Part shown: positions 47,105-60,444 of the stretch, piece after piece
Layout: every line of letters begins with the position of its first letter
Numbering within the stretch: position 1 is the first letter of the stretch
NCBI GenBank assembly: GCA_040437565.1
Contig: JBDOQK010000023.1
Location: forward strand, 62,001-126,000
DNA: 64,000 nucleotides
Source: Albugo candida
Lineage: Eukaryota
Direction: 5' to 3'
Position numbers and translations under genes: made by a program
The notes under the pieces: model-generated
The model's input: only the letters and a program-made list of their open reading frames with translations
Database searches by the model: none
What the model was told of the DNA's origin: nothing

Positions 47105-48141
47105 TTAATGTCGCAACATTCGATATTCTTCATAAAGATGGTTTATTGCGACATTTGCATAAAGATCCGATCGAGTCGGCTTTCGATTATGGATTGTCTC
47201 AAAATTGATGCGCCAGGTATGGAGCTTTTCTTCGATTTGAACGAGTCTTTCCTTTTGGGTGAAAGTCTCTTCTGGCGCTTCTTTAAGCATTGGCTGACAA
47301 AAAACGCGCATGATTTCCTGCTCAGAGATATGTTTCCCACAAATTGATTTTGTCATCTGTGTGGGATGGGATTGGATCGTTAGTGGTTTGTTGGGCAATG
47401 TAGAGTCGGACAAACCTTAAGGAGGAGTTGTTCTTGGCCTTGCAATCCAATGGGAAGGAGAAGACCTCCGCCTGGTTTGAGTAGTGGGAGGAAATCCTGT
47501 CTGCTGGTTTTCGTCGGTAATGCGTAGCCAATATGAATACAATCAAAAGTGTTGGAAGAAAATGACGTCTGTCCATTGCTATTTAGAAATTGGAGGTCTG
47601 AGTCTGAGACTGAGTCGAAAAAAGTTTGGGCGATATATGACGATTTTTGTACGAGATTAGGAACAATATCGATGCCAACTACATTTCCCGTGGTTCCTAC
47701 GAGCTGTGCCATGCAGACGGAAAGGTATCCTGTCCCGCATCCAAGATCCAACGCCGAAGCTCCCGGCTTCAAATGCGGTTCGAGCGCACATAATATCTGA
47801 GCGTGATGCTGCGGCGTCGACATCGTAGCTATTTTGCCGATGGGAATTGGGCGGTTTTTATATACATCTTGCTTGGAGACGTTTTCAGGTGCGAAATGCG
47901 CTCGATCTACTCTCCGGAGTACAGTTTCAATGTTGGAGCCTTTCAGAATCAGATTGGTCCTAAGAAGACTATCGACGAGGGTTTGCTGACATGTGCCTCC
48001 AACTTCGTGCCCAATAATGGCACTACAGCCTGTTAGACTTTGTACTGATCAAGAAAGCCTTCCATACCTCAAAAGAAGTTCCGGAGAAACGTTGGCTACT
48101 CCGCTGAACAATCGTTTCGCGGCGATCCGTTGCGTAGCCAT
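47105..48141 (-). CDS. Protein-L-isoaspartate O-methyltransferase (PIMT)-like protein with C-terminal Sld2/RECQL4-N-like helical extension, 3 exons
   Basis: VDRAHF..YKNRPIPIG..TMSTPQHHA, ALDLGCGTGYLS, VVGID, FDCIHIG, LKPGGGLLLPIG; upstream exon MATQRIAAKRLFS; last exon LHTWRINFETIHNRKPTRSDL..LYEEYRML. Confidence 0.8.
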
Positions 48142-48283
48142 TCAAAATCAGATAATGGATCAGATCTGAGTCATTGCTGGCGTTGTGTGGTTCACCACTG
48201 TTAAGTGAATCGCTACATCCCTATAAGGAACTAAATTTTATTTATGTGAGTCGGAAGACACACTACATTCGCTCTAAATAAGG

Positions 48284-49619
48284 TCATTGTTTGCAATACA
48301 GCTTTTCTTCCGAATTTGCTTGTCGAAGTGCGCGCGTGTATTTGAGCAAAAGCTGTGATTGCGACGTATCAGAGCTTGCAAGTGATCTACTCAACATCCA
48401 ATCAGATTTCAGTAACTCCACTTTTCGTAAGAACTTACAGAATGTACGGTTCCAATTGGGTAAGAGTCCATTTCGATTGAAACGCGAATAACGCTTGGAA
48501 GCGAGATTTTGGATCAGCTGGAAGAGTATTCTCGGGAAGGTATACTGCGTAGTCGCGCTGTTTGATTGATTGGATGACAGCTAGTCCTCGAAGCATGTGA
48601 GTATCGACGTGAACTTGATCGGGAACTCGAATTTTCCATTTGTTCATAAAGGTGTCCAATGAGATGGAGACAAACGCATTCGGTCGAATTAATGTTCCAT
48701 CACCGAATTTAGTGGATGCAACTTCCTTAAATATTTGTTCCGCACAAAATAGCGCAATTTTATTTTTATCCAAGCAAAATGCTTGATCGATCTCGAATGT
48801 GTCGATACTTTGGCCATACATTCCGACACATTGTCGAAGGATCAAAAGCGATTCCTGGACGACAGATTGAAGCTGACGTAATGAGATACCGACATTGAAT
48901 GGATCCCAATCATTCTGAGAGATTGCGTGCAGAATATCTTCAAAAATACGTTCTTGAAAAGGAGGCTCCAAAATTGTCCAATTCCCTGAGATAAATTATT
49001 GCAATAAATTTTTGACCAAAGTCCAGATTTATTACCTCCATCCTCAAACGCATGCAACCGAGCTAAATGATGCCGTATTTCACTCTCGCTGGCTCTTAAT
49101 AGCAGCATCAAGTCTTTCATGCAATAGTGTCTGCCCGATTTACTCTGTTTTCCAGCCGATTTCCCGGTTAGCGGGGCTTCCATCAAAAGCGCTTGTAAAT
49201 GAGCGATATCAAGCTTCCTGCACTCAAGCTTTCAGGAATTATAATAAGTTCGGTAGTGCAACATGAATGATTTTCCTACCGCGTAATGAAAATTGGTACA
49301 ACTTTGAATCATTATAATATTACCAATTGTCAATTTTTTGTCGACATTCCAGTGGTTGTGCGATATCAAAAGACGTGCGTTAGATGTGGTCTCTTTGACA
49401 ATAGTGTATGAAGCTTTGGAGGTGCATAACACTGCGCGTTCTTCCGGCGCTCCAATGATAGAGACACTGAGCGCAACGATAGGATTACAATATGTTGGTT
49501 GTTGCCAGAACGAACCTTTCACCCGATAGAAGATTGACTTCCGTGTCAGGATCGAGTTCCAAAAGGCAAAAATCGCTGGAGGAGCATTTCGGCGCTGTTA
49601 CTAAAGTATCAATGGTCAT
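48284..49619 (-). CDS. DSCC1: Sister chromatid cohesion protein Dcc1, multi-exon
   Basis: FCLLELD; GAPEERAVLCTSKASYTIVKETTSNARL; RASESEI; LPADPKSRFQALFAFQSKWTLTQLEPYI; LLLKYTR. Confidence 0.88.
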
Positions 49620-49755
49620 GAGGTCGTTAAGTACGGAATGATGTCCAACACGATTGCATTCTCTTAATGAATTATATCTCGAAGGGTGCTAACAAAACAT
49701 TCGCTTAGGTACGTAAATGCTTCACTAAGTACGTAATGGGACGCTTCAGTCTGTC

Positions 49756-51251
49756 TCAGTTATCGAGTGAGCCGTAAGAATGTCCCGCAGGATCAATTCG
49801 TCTTCGGGCTTCTTGGTCGGCAATTGGCTGATACTCGGTCATATATTCCCGACGCACGCGATCGCGTTCTGTCTTGTTTGGTGTCCGCCGAGCGATCTCA
49901 GCCGCTTTTAATGCATTGCGAGTGATCAATGGGCTCTGTGATAGTGTGGTGGAAATCAAATTGACAGACGTTCGAATAGGTGTGAGAGCTTCTTCGATCG
50001 GTTCAAAGTACGCAAAGCAAGGCAGGCGGATTGTTCCATTATAAATAGCCGTGCCAGATAACAGTACCATCATTCCGAACAGTTGCAACCAGCTCCATGT
50101 GGTCCACGCTTCTCCAAAGAATCCATTTGTGAATGAATAAAATAACAACAGATCCGTTCCCCAAACTGTGATTGGCCGAAAATTGTCCAGGATCGCATGC
50201 CAAATGGAATTCAGTAAATATGTCACGGAGACTGCCAAAACGTTGAACGACAACACAAAGAGTAGATAGACCACGATCAATGTTTGAGCTAGAGAGCTGT
50301 TTGACAGCATTTCGAATGCATCGTCGAATCGCTCACAAGAGCCTAAATCAGATCCCGGAAGCAAATACGCGATTGGATAAACGATAAAAGTCGTGATAAG
50401 GACTCCCCAAATGCCTTCCATACCAACAACAACAAGAGGTGGGGCATTCTCTCCATCGTTCATAAGCTTTTCCTCGAAGACGTATTGGTACGCTTGCACG
50501 ACACAGCTCAGTATGATCATCAGCACACCAAATCCGGGTGTCTCGGTCCGAGTATTGATCTGATCTTCTGTATCTGCAAAGGATGTGATCCCAATTATCA
50601 GGGCCGCCACTGTATTCAAACCGACTCCAATCCACATATACCCATGCAACTTATCTTTGAGCATAAAAACTTTCAAAAGCGCCACAAAAATGATAACGGT
50701 GCATTTCAAAAGCTGAAAGACGCTCACTGTCACATACATGAGACCAATGTTGGCGAACCAAGTAGCTATGAGGTCGAATAAGGCTGGAAATGCCAGTAGG
50801 AAATATGTTCTACGAGGAATCCGATACCGAAATTTCACTGGAAGAAAATATTATTTCATAACAGCTGCATATCAGATAGGATACACGTTCGAACGTACAT
50901 GGCCTTGAAGACGGACGGCTCCATTTACGTTCGACGTGCCATCGATACACCCAGTGAATCGGTAGGGCAAACACCATTGCTAGAAACATAAGCCAGGTCT
51001 GGAAAATGGGTTTTTCAAACTTTTTCAATTCCCCACTGAGTCCGATAGAATCAATATTATATAAAACCTATCAGAAAGGTATCAGCAAAAACAATGGCCA
51101 CAGCGCGGCGTAACGTTACTTTAGCAATTCTACAAATTGATACAATCAGATACTGATTCGTAGAAAGCAGTGCATGCACTTACAGCGTGGTTCCAGTACC
51201 GGTGACCAAGCCGAGCCCAAACACAAGCGCTTCTTTAGCGCCACAAGACAT
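49756..51251 (-). CDS. SLC35F6-like drug/metabolite (nucleotide-sugar transporter superfamily) membrane protein, multi-exon
   Basis: LVTGTGTT; FEKPIFQTWLMFLAM; PALFDL; SVFQLLK; QYVFEEK; VVGMEGIWG; AILDNFRPITVW; multiple TMs. Confidence 0.85.
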
Positions 51252-51355
51252 CTTTCCGGTAAATTACGGAACGGCGTCTAAATAATCGATGTAAATCACT
51301 GGGAGGGAGTACCGTATCTGGTATATAAATTAACCGATATATTAACGGATACGAT

Positions 51356-52455
51356 TTATCGCTGCATATGGAATTGATACGAAGGAATGACGGTTGCGTT
51401 CGTGTAGGGCCCGATTCCGAGAATATTGCTGCTTGTATTGACGTTGGATAGCGTCACAATCTCCTCGTCAGAATATTCGGGAATAGCTTCGTATTTCTCT
51501 TTCACATTCGTCTCTCTATTTCCCCAAAGCGACAGCAATAAAGAGTACAGTACAGCTAATTCCAATAAGTGTTTGGAAGCCACAAGAAGCCACCACCATT
51601 TCGCTGGAAAAAAGAATCCAACATGAGTACATGTGCAGATTACATCGACGAGCGAATACGCTGTAAGCATTGAATTCCCAACCAAATAGAATGCGCAAAT
51701 AAAAGTTGCCCAAGCGATCGATTTGATCCGATCTGTTGTGTCGACTTGAGCCACTTCCAGAAATGCTCGCAAGACTTGTTTCATTCGATACGAATATACA
51801 ATCATTGCAATTAGTGAGCCAAATGAAAATAAGCAAATCAGAGTGTGGTTCATTGTTAATAAACCACAAGAATCAATCGAGTCGGTAAAGAACAATATCA
51901 GTGCGATAAGTTCGATTGTGAACATAGCGCCCACTATAGCGGAAAAGTATCGAAATGGGTATAATCGAATACTTTCATGCAACACGAGACGACGAAGCAT
52001 GTGCGCCCAATAGACCACAATCAGTATAAAGATACTGTACATGAGCATATTCCCCAGCATTTCCATCACTTCAGCTACCAGCGCTTCCACCCATCCGTGA
52101 TCGCCCACGTGTACTTTGGCAGGCTTATACGTGACAGAATGTACCCCATAAGGACTTGCAAACCACAGTGTCCGTACGAGCGATGTCAAGCACATAAGTA
52201 GATAGAAGACAATCGTAGCTTTCTGTCGCACAGCGGAATGATAATGAATTGTGAAGGCCCAAGCAGCAAATAAGCAAGCGATCGCATAGGTTATAGCTAA
52301 GATCGTATCGACTTGGCGGTACTGAAAATCAAGGTGTATTACCGGTACTACATAATGACGGTGACACGTGTACTTGATTCTTGTATCGAAACATGCGTAC
52401 CTTTTGCTTGCGTTTGATTTAAAGTTGCCGGTGACGCACTTTGCGCTGCATCCAT
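51356..52455 (-). CDS. Seven-TM protein of the TOM1/THH1/GPR137-like type (start uncertain)
   Basis: About seven hydrophobic segments; FYLLMCLTSLVRTLWF, YSIFILIVVYWA, HLLELAVL. Confidence 0.7.
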
Positions 52456-52551
52456 TCGTAATGTGTAAGTGTGGTAAAACGTAAAGCGAACTTACAAAAA
52501 ACAAGACATTGTTACAACTTAATAACGCCTAAGTGTTACATGTCCACACTG

Positions 52552-53415
52552 TTAAGTGTCCACAGCTTGACGGAGTACCTCTTTCCACGAATGGAAATCT
52601 CTGCTGTTTGAGGGGCGTAAGGTGACTTTACTTGTATGCTGTTTACCTTCCGAGGTTTCTATTACAAATGTGCGTTTCGCTTCATCAATTTCAATTCCGC
52701 TTACATAAACCCGTGACAGTGGGACGGCCCACGCGTCTTCCGAATCGTAAAACGTGATAAGGGTACCTTGTAACACACAATAATGTTTTTTCGCAGGTTT
52801 ATTGATCATAGAATTCACTTCCACCCAGCCACTTTTATCAATCAAGTTCGAGTGAAAATCAAGCTCAGAATCTGAGTAGCCAATTGATGACGACGCTGTG
52901 CTTGTCGAAGAATTGTTCATGGTTTCTTGTCGCTGGGCATATTGAGCTGCTTCCAAGAGTCGTTCTATCCATTGAGTACAAACTTGCTCGTTCTTGGCAC
53001 GCAAGTCGACAACTGTACCGGAAACTCCATACACCTTAAATGCGATTTTCGATTTTCGCGAACGCTCTACGTGAGCAACACGCACTACACCGGATGGTGT
53101 GGAATCGTCAGTACCGTTTAATAAACTCTCTCCTCCAAGTGGAACCAACGGCGAATCTGTGACGAATTGGCTTGCAGCAAATTTATCATAATACGATAAT
53201 AATACGCCTTCCAGTATGAAATGCTGGTTCTTCCATCGAGCTAATCGACCTGATTTCTTCCATAGCCAACCATGGAATCGGTCCGCACCACTTTTTCGCT
53301 GCCAGGCGACACTTGCGAAACTCTGTGTCGCCTGCACAAGTAGCTCGACCTCCACGTTCAACGCGTCCATACTGCTGTTCAGCTTGCGTGGCTCAAGCTG
53401 TTTGCTGGGACTCAT
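52552..53415 (-). CDS. Tandem PH-domain protein
   Basis: FHGWLWKKSG..WKNQHFILEGVLLSYY..WIERL and DKSGWV..KHYCVLQGTLITFY..WKEVL. Confidence 0.85.
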   Translation of the reverse strand: MSPSKQLEPRKLNSSMDALNVEVELLVQATQSFASVAWQRKSGADRFHGWLWKKSGRLARWKNQHFILEGVLLSYYDKFAASQFVTDSPLVPLGGESLLNGTDDSTPSGVVRVAHVERSRKSKIAFKVYGVSGTVVDLRAKNEQVCTQWIERLLEAAQYAQRQETMNNSSTSTASSSIGYSDSELDFHSNLIDKSGWVEVNSMINKPAKKHYCVLQGTLITFYDSEDAWAVPLSRVYVSGIEIDEAKRTFVIETSEGKQHTSKVTLRPSNSRDFHSWKEVLRQAVDT

Positions 53416-54022
53416 ATTGCCCGCACTTAACGAACGCTTTAGTGGAATGAATCCCCACTTGCTCGAAAGTATGAATGAGCGTGCTATAGTATGTTTGTAT
53501 AAGAGCCGAATTACGTGAACCGATTTTCAGTACAAATAGGTTTTTACTGACAACTTGTGGATTTTAAGCAAGTGGCAAACACGCAAGTCACAACACGTAA
53601 GATTACTGTGTAAACTATCATCTGATTGCTACATTTATTCCACATATCGTAAAACCCTAAGCGCACATAAACTTGACACAAAATAGAGCCTCCCATCTGT
53701 TAGTTCGTTCTTTTCCAGTAGAGCGTTGCCACTACGATTTTATACAAAACGTTGAAAACAAAGAGAGAGTTTGAGCAAATATCTTAATTCACACAATTGC
53801 GGCCTGTCCAATTACGGATTTATTCGGAGACTTTGTCAAGTTCAATGATAAATACTTGTGAATTGTATCAATTAAACAAAAACCTTGGGACTAGATACGT
53901 ATAAAGTCCCGTTGAAAATGTATAATCGTCGGAATGAAATCTTGTGGGAATTTATATGTAATGATCATTGCTCTTCAAAGTCAAATATGGCGCCGTTGAC
54001 ACCATCAAGCCCAGATTTGGTA

Positions 54023-54785
54023 TCATCGTCCAGTCGCGTCTACGAATAGTGTTGGATCTAGCCGTGTTTCAGTTGTAGAAGAGCTCACCTCGGAATTGAC
54101 TGTCAAGTTGGAAAACATGCCAATATGCGATTCTTCGATAAATTCTCGCAGGTCATCCTCAATAGTCGTATGTGATCGCTGAAAAGCAGACATTGCTGCC
54201 AAGGCTGGGGACGCGGCCAGATTTGATTGGTTTTTTCTATACACCATCTTTGTTGAAGGTTGTCGCATCGAGTCTCATACAAACGAACCGTAGTGGAAAT
54301 GCTGTTTGTTGTCGCATATAATTAAAACTCACAGGACAAGAGCTCGGAAACTTAATATGTGATGAGATTAGAATCGTGGTCATAGAATGTAACAAGCCTA
54401 CCTGAAGAACGGACTCTGCTGGTGAATGTCGTCGTGCTGGAGGAGGTAGCAAGAGCTCAGGCATAGGAGCTATATCATGCATGCTAGGTGCTGCTACAGA
54501 ACCAAGAGAAGGAGCTCTTGGTGCTTGCAAATTCGGTCGGGTCATTCTCTGCATGCGATGCATTGTCGAGTCGAAATGCCCATTTTCAGGGCACGATTGT
54601 GAGATGTTAAATGGAGCATTCGCTAGCGAGTCGCTTCGGTCGGCGGTCACATTTGATGTAGTTGATGCGTCAGAAATGCTGTGATCGTCTTCAGCTGAAT
54701 GAAGCGATTCTGAAGAGTGTGTTTCCCGTCGATATGAAGGAATCGGTCTTGAATCCGACATGAGATTCGGTTGTTGTGCATTCAA
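54023..54785 (-). CDS. Hypothetical low-complexity Ser/Pro-rich protein, multi-exon (boundaries uncertain)
   Basis: Overlapping minus-strand ORFs 54237-54785 and 54023-54268 with candidate splice sites; no recognised domain. Confidence 0.45.
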
Positions 54786-55152
54786 AAAGTACCATACAAC
54801 AGGTACAATGCTTGATCGAGTACCTCAAGGTCTTGAAGTACCGTAAGGTTACGTATCGACGTAACAGATATATCGAACACACCGAATACTGTGTCGGGCA
54901 AAATGAAGATTTTTATACCTTCGTTTTCATGAGGTAACAGGGTACATCCTTCCGATATTTCGATCGAAAAAAACGTCGTGAGAAGAATGCCCTTCTTTAT
55001 ATCAAGTTTCACGTCATATGAATTGGAATCAGATGCAAATTTGAAGCTTTTGCGCTGAATGGCTTTTTTTGTCACTTGACGGTAGTTCTATGACTGTACA
55101 CGAACCGACGCAGCGTTCCTTCTTTTAGACGCTTCAAGTGCTCCAATTCGCA

Positions 55153-56763
55153 ATGATCAGCGCCTTATTCTTACTCGGTCAAAAGGGAGAAATCGTGCTT
55201 CACCGATTCTATCGAGACGATGTAAGCCGACGTGCTGCAGATACATTCCGCATGCAAGTGATTGCCGCTAAAGAAACTGGATCATTACCACCCATCAAGC
55301 ACATTGACGGCTGCTCGTTTCTATACACCCGACACGAGAATCTCTATCTCGTAGCTGTCACGCGTGCAAATATCAACACGGGTACTTCGGCACTTACTAT
55401 CGCGATTCCCACTGAGCGCTTTATTTCGTAGCTCTCGTCTTTCAGTTTTTGTATCAGCTGAATGGAATCTTCAAAGAATACTTTGGCAAAAAGTATTCCG
55501 AGGTAACGTCCACTATTTAGGCGTTTAGCAGGTACCCACTCTGTAGTAGGAAAGCATTCGAGACAACTTCACTCTTGTGTATGAGTTATTGGATGAGACG
55601 GTGGACTATGGGTACCCACAAAATTGCTCGATCGATGTGCTCAAAATGTACATTAATTTGGGCTCGCTCTCGGTATTTGTATTCCTATTGGCTCGTGCTT
55701 GATCGTGAATGGTTGTGAACTAGAGCTCGGATGGACCTTTGGCCACTCAACCTTCCCAATTAACTTCTCAAATTACTGGAGCAATCGATTGGCGACGTGA
55801 AGGAATCAAGTACAAACGGAATGAAGTGTACCTGGATGTATTTGAAAGCGTAAACTTGCTCATGTCGTCTAATGGGACGGTGCTTCGTAATGAAGTCGCC
55901 GGTCAGGTTGTGATGAAAACTTCCTTAACCGGGATGCCAGAATGCAAGCTCGGTCTCAATGATAAGCTGATCATGCAAAAAGGGGATGCAGCTGGGAGTA
56001 AAATTCCAGGGCAGAAACGAGCAACTCGTGATGTGGAAATTGACGACTGCACATTTCATCGTTGTGTTCGTCTTGGAAAGTTTGATGCCGATCGAACCAT
56101 CACATTTATTCCGCCTGATGGAGAATTTGAGCTGATGAAATATCGTGTGACCGAAAATGTGAACCTCCCATTCAAAATTATGCCGGCGTACCAAGAGCAA
56201 GGTACCACAAGGCTTTCGGTGACACTTAAAATAGCAGCTACCTTTAGTCCTCGCTTATTTGCGACAAATTTGGTTATCAAGATCCCGGTAAGTAAAGTGA
56301 ATATTCAAGTGAATTAGCGCTCAGTCTTTCGGACTGCAGACTCCACCAAACACTGCTCGAGCGCGTATTAACGCACCTATTGGAAGGTACGCTTTTCTAC
56401 AAGACTACACTTAATGAGGATGACACATTCTGCAGAGCAAAACATGAGCCTGAAAATCATGCGATTGTGTGGCGAGTACGCAAATTCCAGGGTAAATTGG
56501 AGCGGATGTTGGACGCGGAAGTAGAGATGCTGAAAAGCACACGGGAAAAAGTGTGGTCGCGACCTCCGATTCAAATCGAATTTCAAGTACGTTCAGTGAT
56601 GTCATCGACAGAATTTTGACTTTTTCATGGCTGTAAGGTGCCAATGTTTACGTCCTCGGGACTACACGTACGCTTTCTCAAGGTATTCGAGAAGGGATCG
56701 TATCAGACGACCAAATGGGTTCGTTACGTAACGCGGGCCGGTCAATATCAACTTCGAATCTGA
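55153..56763 (+). CDS. AP2M1: AP-2 adaptor complex subunit mu, multi-exon
   Basis: MISALFLLGQKGEIVLHRFYRDDV; RDNFTLVYELLDE..DYGYPQ; QITGAIDWRREGIKYKRNEVYLDV; GMPECKLGLNDK; FIPPDGEFELMKY; WSRPPI; KWVRYVTRAG. Confidence 0.95.
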
Positions 56764-56822
56764 GCAGCATTTCCGTCGGAGGTAGTGACTTAATGTGATT
56801 GGTACGGTAGTTTGATAATTAC

Positions 56823-58137
56823 TTAACGGCGTTTGTATTCGCATGCTTTCAATTCGATGCGAACATTTGTGTCCTCTTTGCGATTCGATTTCTGGAATTC
56901 TAGCAGCACAAACATTTTATTGCGCTCATCTTTTTCTTGGTAATCGAAACCGAGCTTCTTCAATTGCGATATAAATCCCTACATAAAAGGATGTATCGAA
57001 ATACTCGCGAAGGTCAAAGCGTTGATTTACTTGAATGCCGCCAAGTTGTTTTGTTTCGAAACGCGATTTGACCTCTGCGATCTTCAGAATGCCTCCAGCT
57101 TTCATCACACGATGCGCTTCTCTCAAATACTCTGGTATCGTTGTTCCCATAAGCGCAAGACAATAAATGGCAATATCGATCGACTTGCTATTCAAAGGAA
57201 CCTAAAATAGTGCAACTAAGTTAGGATAAAAAAAGAGTAGCAAGTAGCAGTGTAAATCACAAACATGCGCAATGTTGCACGCGACCACATGATCATTAGG
57301 TGCAACGAGATCAAACGAGTGAACTCTATTGGGCACGCTCTGCGCTAGCCTAGCTTCTCCACATCCAAAGTCGGCAACGACCGCGTTTGGGTGCTTCCTA
57401 TACCACCATTAAGTGTGGACACCTTACGTAAGGTAATGACAAGATGTACTTGATGTAATCGATGAATATATCCAATGGATTTATAGGCCACTTGGTAACT
57501 TGTTCCCTGAATCCTTGATGATACTATAGAAGAGTCAGTGCNNNNNNNNNNNNNNNNNNNNNNNNNNNNNNNNNNNNNNNNNNNNNNNNNNNNNNNNNNN
57601 NNNNNNNNNNNNNNNNNNNNNNNNNNNNNNNNNNNNNNNNNACCGCGTTTGGGTGCTTCCTATACCACCATTAAGTGTGGACACCTTACGTAAGGTAATG
57701 ACAAGATGTACTTGATGTAATCGATGAATATATCCAATGGATTTATAGGCCACTTGGTAACTTGTTCCCTGAATCCTTGATGATACTATAGAAGAGTCAG
57801 TGCTCATCAATGTACCCGGCCGTGGTTATGTGCATACAATGTCAAATAGTTCTGGATCGTTCTGAAAAGTCTGAAAAGCAGCATCGCCGGTTTTGGTGTA
57901 CAGCTCTTCGTTTAACATGCGAAAGCGACTTCCATCTAGCCGCTTTCGCATCGCTTGCTGAAGTTTTGACAACGAGCATTTATCGGGTTCCATTGTACTC
58001 GTCTCGGACTTGATCCATGTAGTTTCACATTTCTGTTTCGATTTTCTCCTATTCTGTGCCTTTTTGCTAGTCTTTTTCCCAGAAGCGCTTTGCTTCGAAG
58101 ATTGCCTACTTTCTTGTCGCTGTCGTTGTTTACCCAT
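56823..58137 (-). CDS. RRP8: rRNA m1A methyltransferase Rrp8/nucleomethylin, multi-exon, with gap duplication 57380-57541 = 57642-57803
   Basis: [74 protein letters not shown]-terminus. Confidence 0.93.
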
Positions 58138-59925
58138 TGATCCTATTTCTATATTACGAATCAAAGTTGTGGTCGTCACACCATATTTGACAAGCCCTGT
58201 AATAAGGTGCAATCCTTGTACCCATTGACCGAATCGAATGAGCAAGTGATCAAGCGGTCGAAACATAGATTTTTCCATATCGTGCTCTCGTCGTCAAAAG
58301 TGTTTCTGCTTGTACCGCCATTTAGCTTCGTTCCTATCGCCAACACGCGCTTCAATGATTTGAGAATCATCTTCAGCATCAACTACGAGGTGAATCAGCG
58401 CTGTCATTCTCTTTGTGCCCTGCAACAATCTTGATGTCACAACTCGGAAGCTAATGACATGCCGTGAACGTCTCCTTATAAAGGAGTTCGTGGTACGAGC
58501 CCATGTCACTAGTCGAAACAATCAATGGCCTTTTAGGTTGTACGCCATCGTGACACTGATATAAAGAATCCAAATGCCAGAACTGAAGAGCTCCATAAAT
58601 AGCGTTTCTTGACACAAGAGACCTCTATCTGGCAGAACAGAAAATGAAGACATACGTTGGCATGAAAAATATGTGAACGATCTTTACGATAAACAAAAGC
58701 GATATATTGCATAATGCTTTCGTCATCATGATAGCTTACCAGCAAAAAGCTTACCTTCGGCTCCGTGTCGTCCGTTTACCGAACGCTATCACGGTGCCTT
58801 GGCGTTGTAGGCTTTTTTCGTGACCAGCAGATTAGACGTGATTTTACTGATTGACCATAGCAGATTACCCGTATGCAGGCTCAGAGGGTATGTTTACGCG
58901 GGGAGTTTGCATGGACGTGGGTGTTTCTTTCTAAATATTTCATCTTGCATCCGATAAAAGTCAAATTAGAGCGCACGTCTACTTCTCAAGATGCTTACTG
59001 AGTGGCGTCGTTTATTCGTGTCATACTGGACAGCTAAGCGTTAAGAGTCGATCACATAGTCTCGGAAAGCAATGAATGGTTTGATAGTATTATACTCTGA
59101 CTCGGGTACAAGTGCTTTGGAAGAGTGTCTAAAAACAAAAGCGAATGGAACTGATAGGAATGAAAAAGAGTACTATCCTGAGAAACTATGAATACGGAAA
59201 TCCAATTACTGAGCGACCGGTTGGATTCGGGAGAACAAAGCCAGTCTCTGTTAATTGCATGTAGCACAACCCGATGTATTTCCTCTTCGGTGAAATAAGA
59301 TACAATACAATCGATACGAAGATGCTTGGAGGTTGTTTGGTATACCTTTCTTCTTGGATTTGTGTTGGTTCATGGGAAGCTATTTCTCAAGGGAGCCATG
59401 TAACATAGTTGATGATTGTGTTTTACGGCATTGGAAACAAGCCAAGTGAGAAAAGTCGAAGTGATGCGAGATCCTCACAAAACGAAGCTTCAATGTGCCA
59501 CAAATCTTGGAACCTCGTAATTCGCAACTCAGGACATTTGACATCGATCCGTAATGTAATTCTCATACTACCATTGCTGTGCTATCAACGTATTCTCTAT
59601 AGTGCGCCTGACTAGTTGATTGTCCATACACTTGGAGCACCAAGGACGCGTTATAATGATTTCATTCTCTCGGAGAGAAACGTAAGTACTTAATACCTGG
59701 TTTATTTAATAACCTACCTTACTCGAACATATCAGATAATAGAAAAGATTAAGTGGGATAGCTTCATTCGAAAAAGGTGACTCGCTTCGCCGCGCACAGG
59801 TGATTGGAGGATCAAATGTTTCTAAAACGGAAGGAACAACTTGTTTGCTAAACCGTTAGAATTTTTTGATTCTATCGAATCGCCAAATAAACGGCTCTGA
59901 ATATCGATCCGTGTGTCAGATTATA

Positions 59926-59941
59926 TCTCATTTCTAATTCG
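59926..59941 (+). promoter_or_regulatory. INR/FPR-like core promoter (second copy at ~62662-62678)
   Basis: tctcatttctaattcg ~30 nt upstream of the ATG, conserved in both paralogues. Confidence 0.5.
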
Positions 59942-59970
59942 ACTGAAAGAGCTCTAACAAGAACAATCTG

Positions 59971-60444
59971 ATGAGAACAAGTCAGCGTGTATGGTTTATT
60001 GCGATTATGCATTTGATCGTATGGTTTCGGTTTGATCGGCTATTCGTGGAGTGTGTAGAAAAAAAAAAAGAACTAAACGAAGTCTGCGTTACGATAACTG
60101 TGCCTCAGCCGCCGGCTCAAGGACACTCATCAGCTCCGGTGACACAGCAGAAGCATATGACCGCAGCACACACGGAATGCATTAAGGATGTAAATTTGGT
60201 ATATCAACATTTTTACCTAGAGTTCAGCAGCGGCGTTTTGACACTTAATATTAAGACTGATGTCGAAAAGATGAATTCGCTATGGAGTACCGTTGGACGT
60301 AAGTGCCTAGAGGTTTCTACCGAATCTGAGCTTCTTGTAAAGATGATTAAAGGGAATACCGAAGAAACGGCTGAAACCAAGCAAATGAATGCCGTTGAGG
60401 GTGGTCCCCAACAGGCTTCTGCCGAATCTAAGCCTTGTGGGTAA
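59971..60444 (+). CDS. Small secreted Cys-containing effector candidate, paralogue A
   Basis: Intronless 157-aa ORF; signal-like N-terminus MRTSQRVWFIAIMHLIVWFRFDRLFVEC; gene-sparse context. Confidence 0.7.
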   Translation: MRTSQRVWFIAIMHLIVWFRFDRLFVECVEKKKELNEVCVTITVPQPPAQGHSSAPVTQQKHMTAAHTECIKDVNLVYQHFYLEFSSGVLTLNIKTDVEKMNSLWSTVGRKCLEVSTESELLVKMIKGNTEETAETKQMNAVEGGPQQASAESKPCG

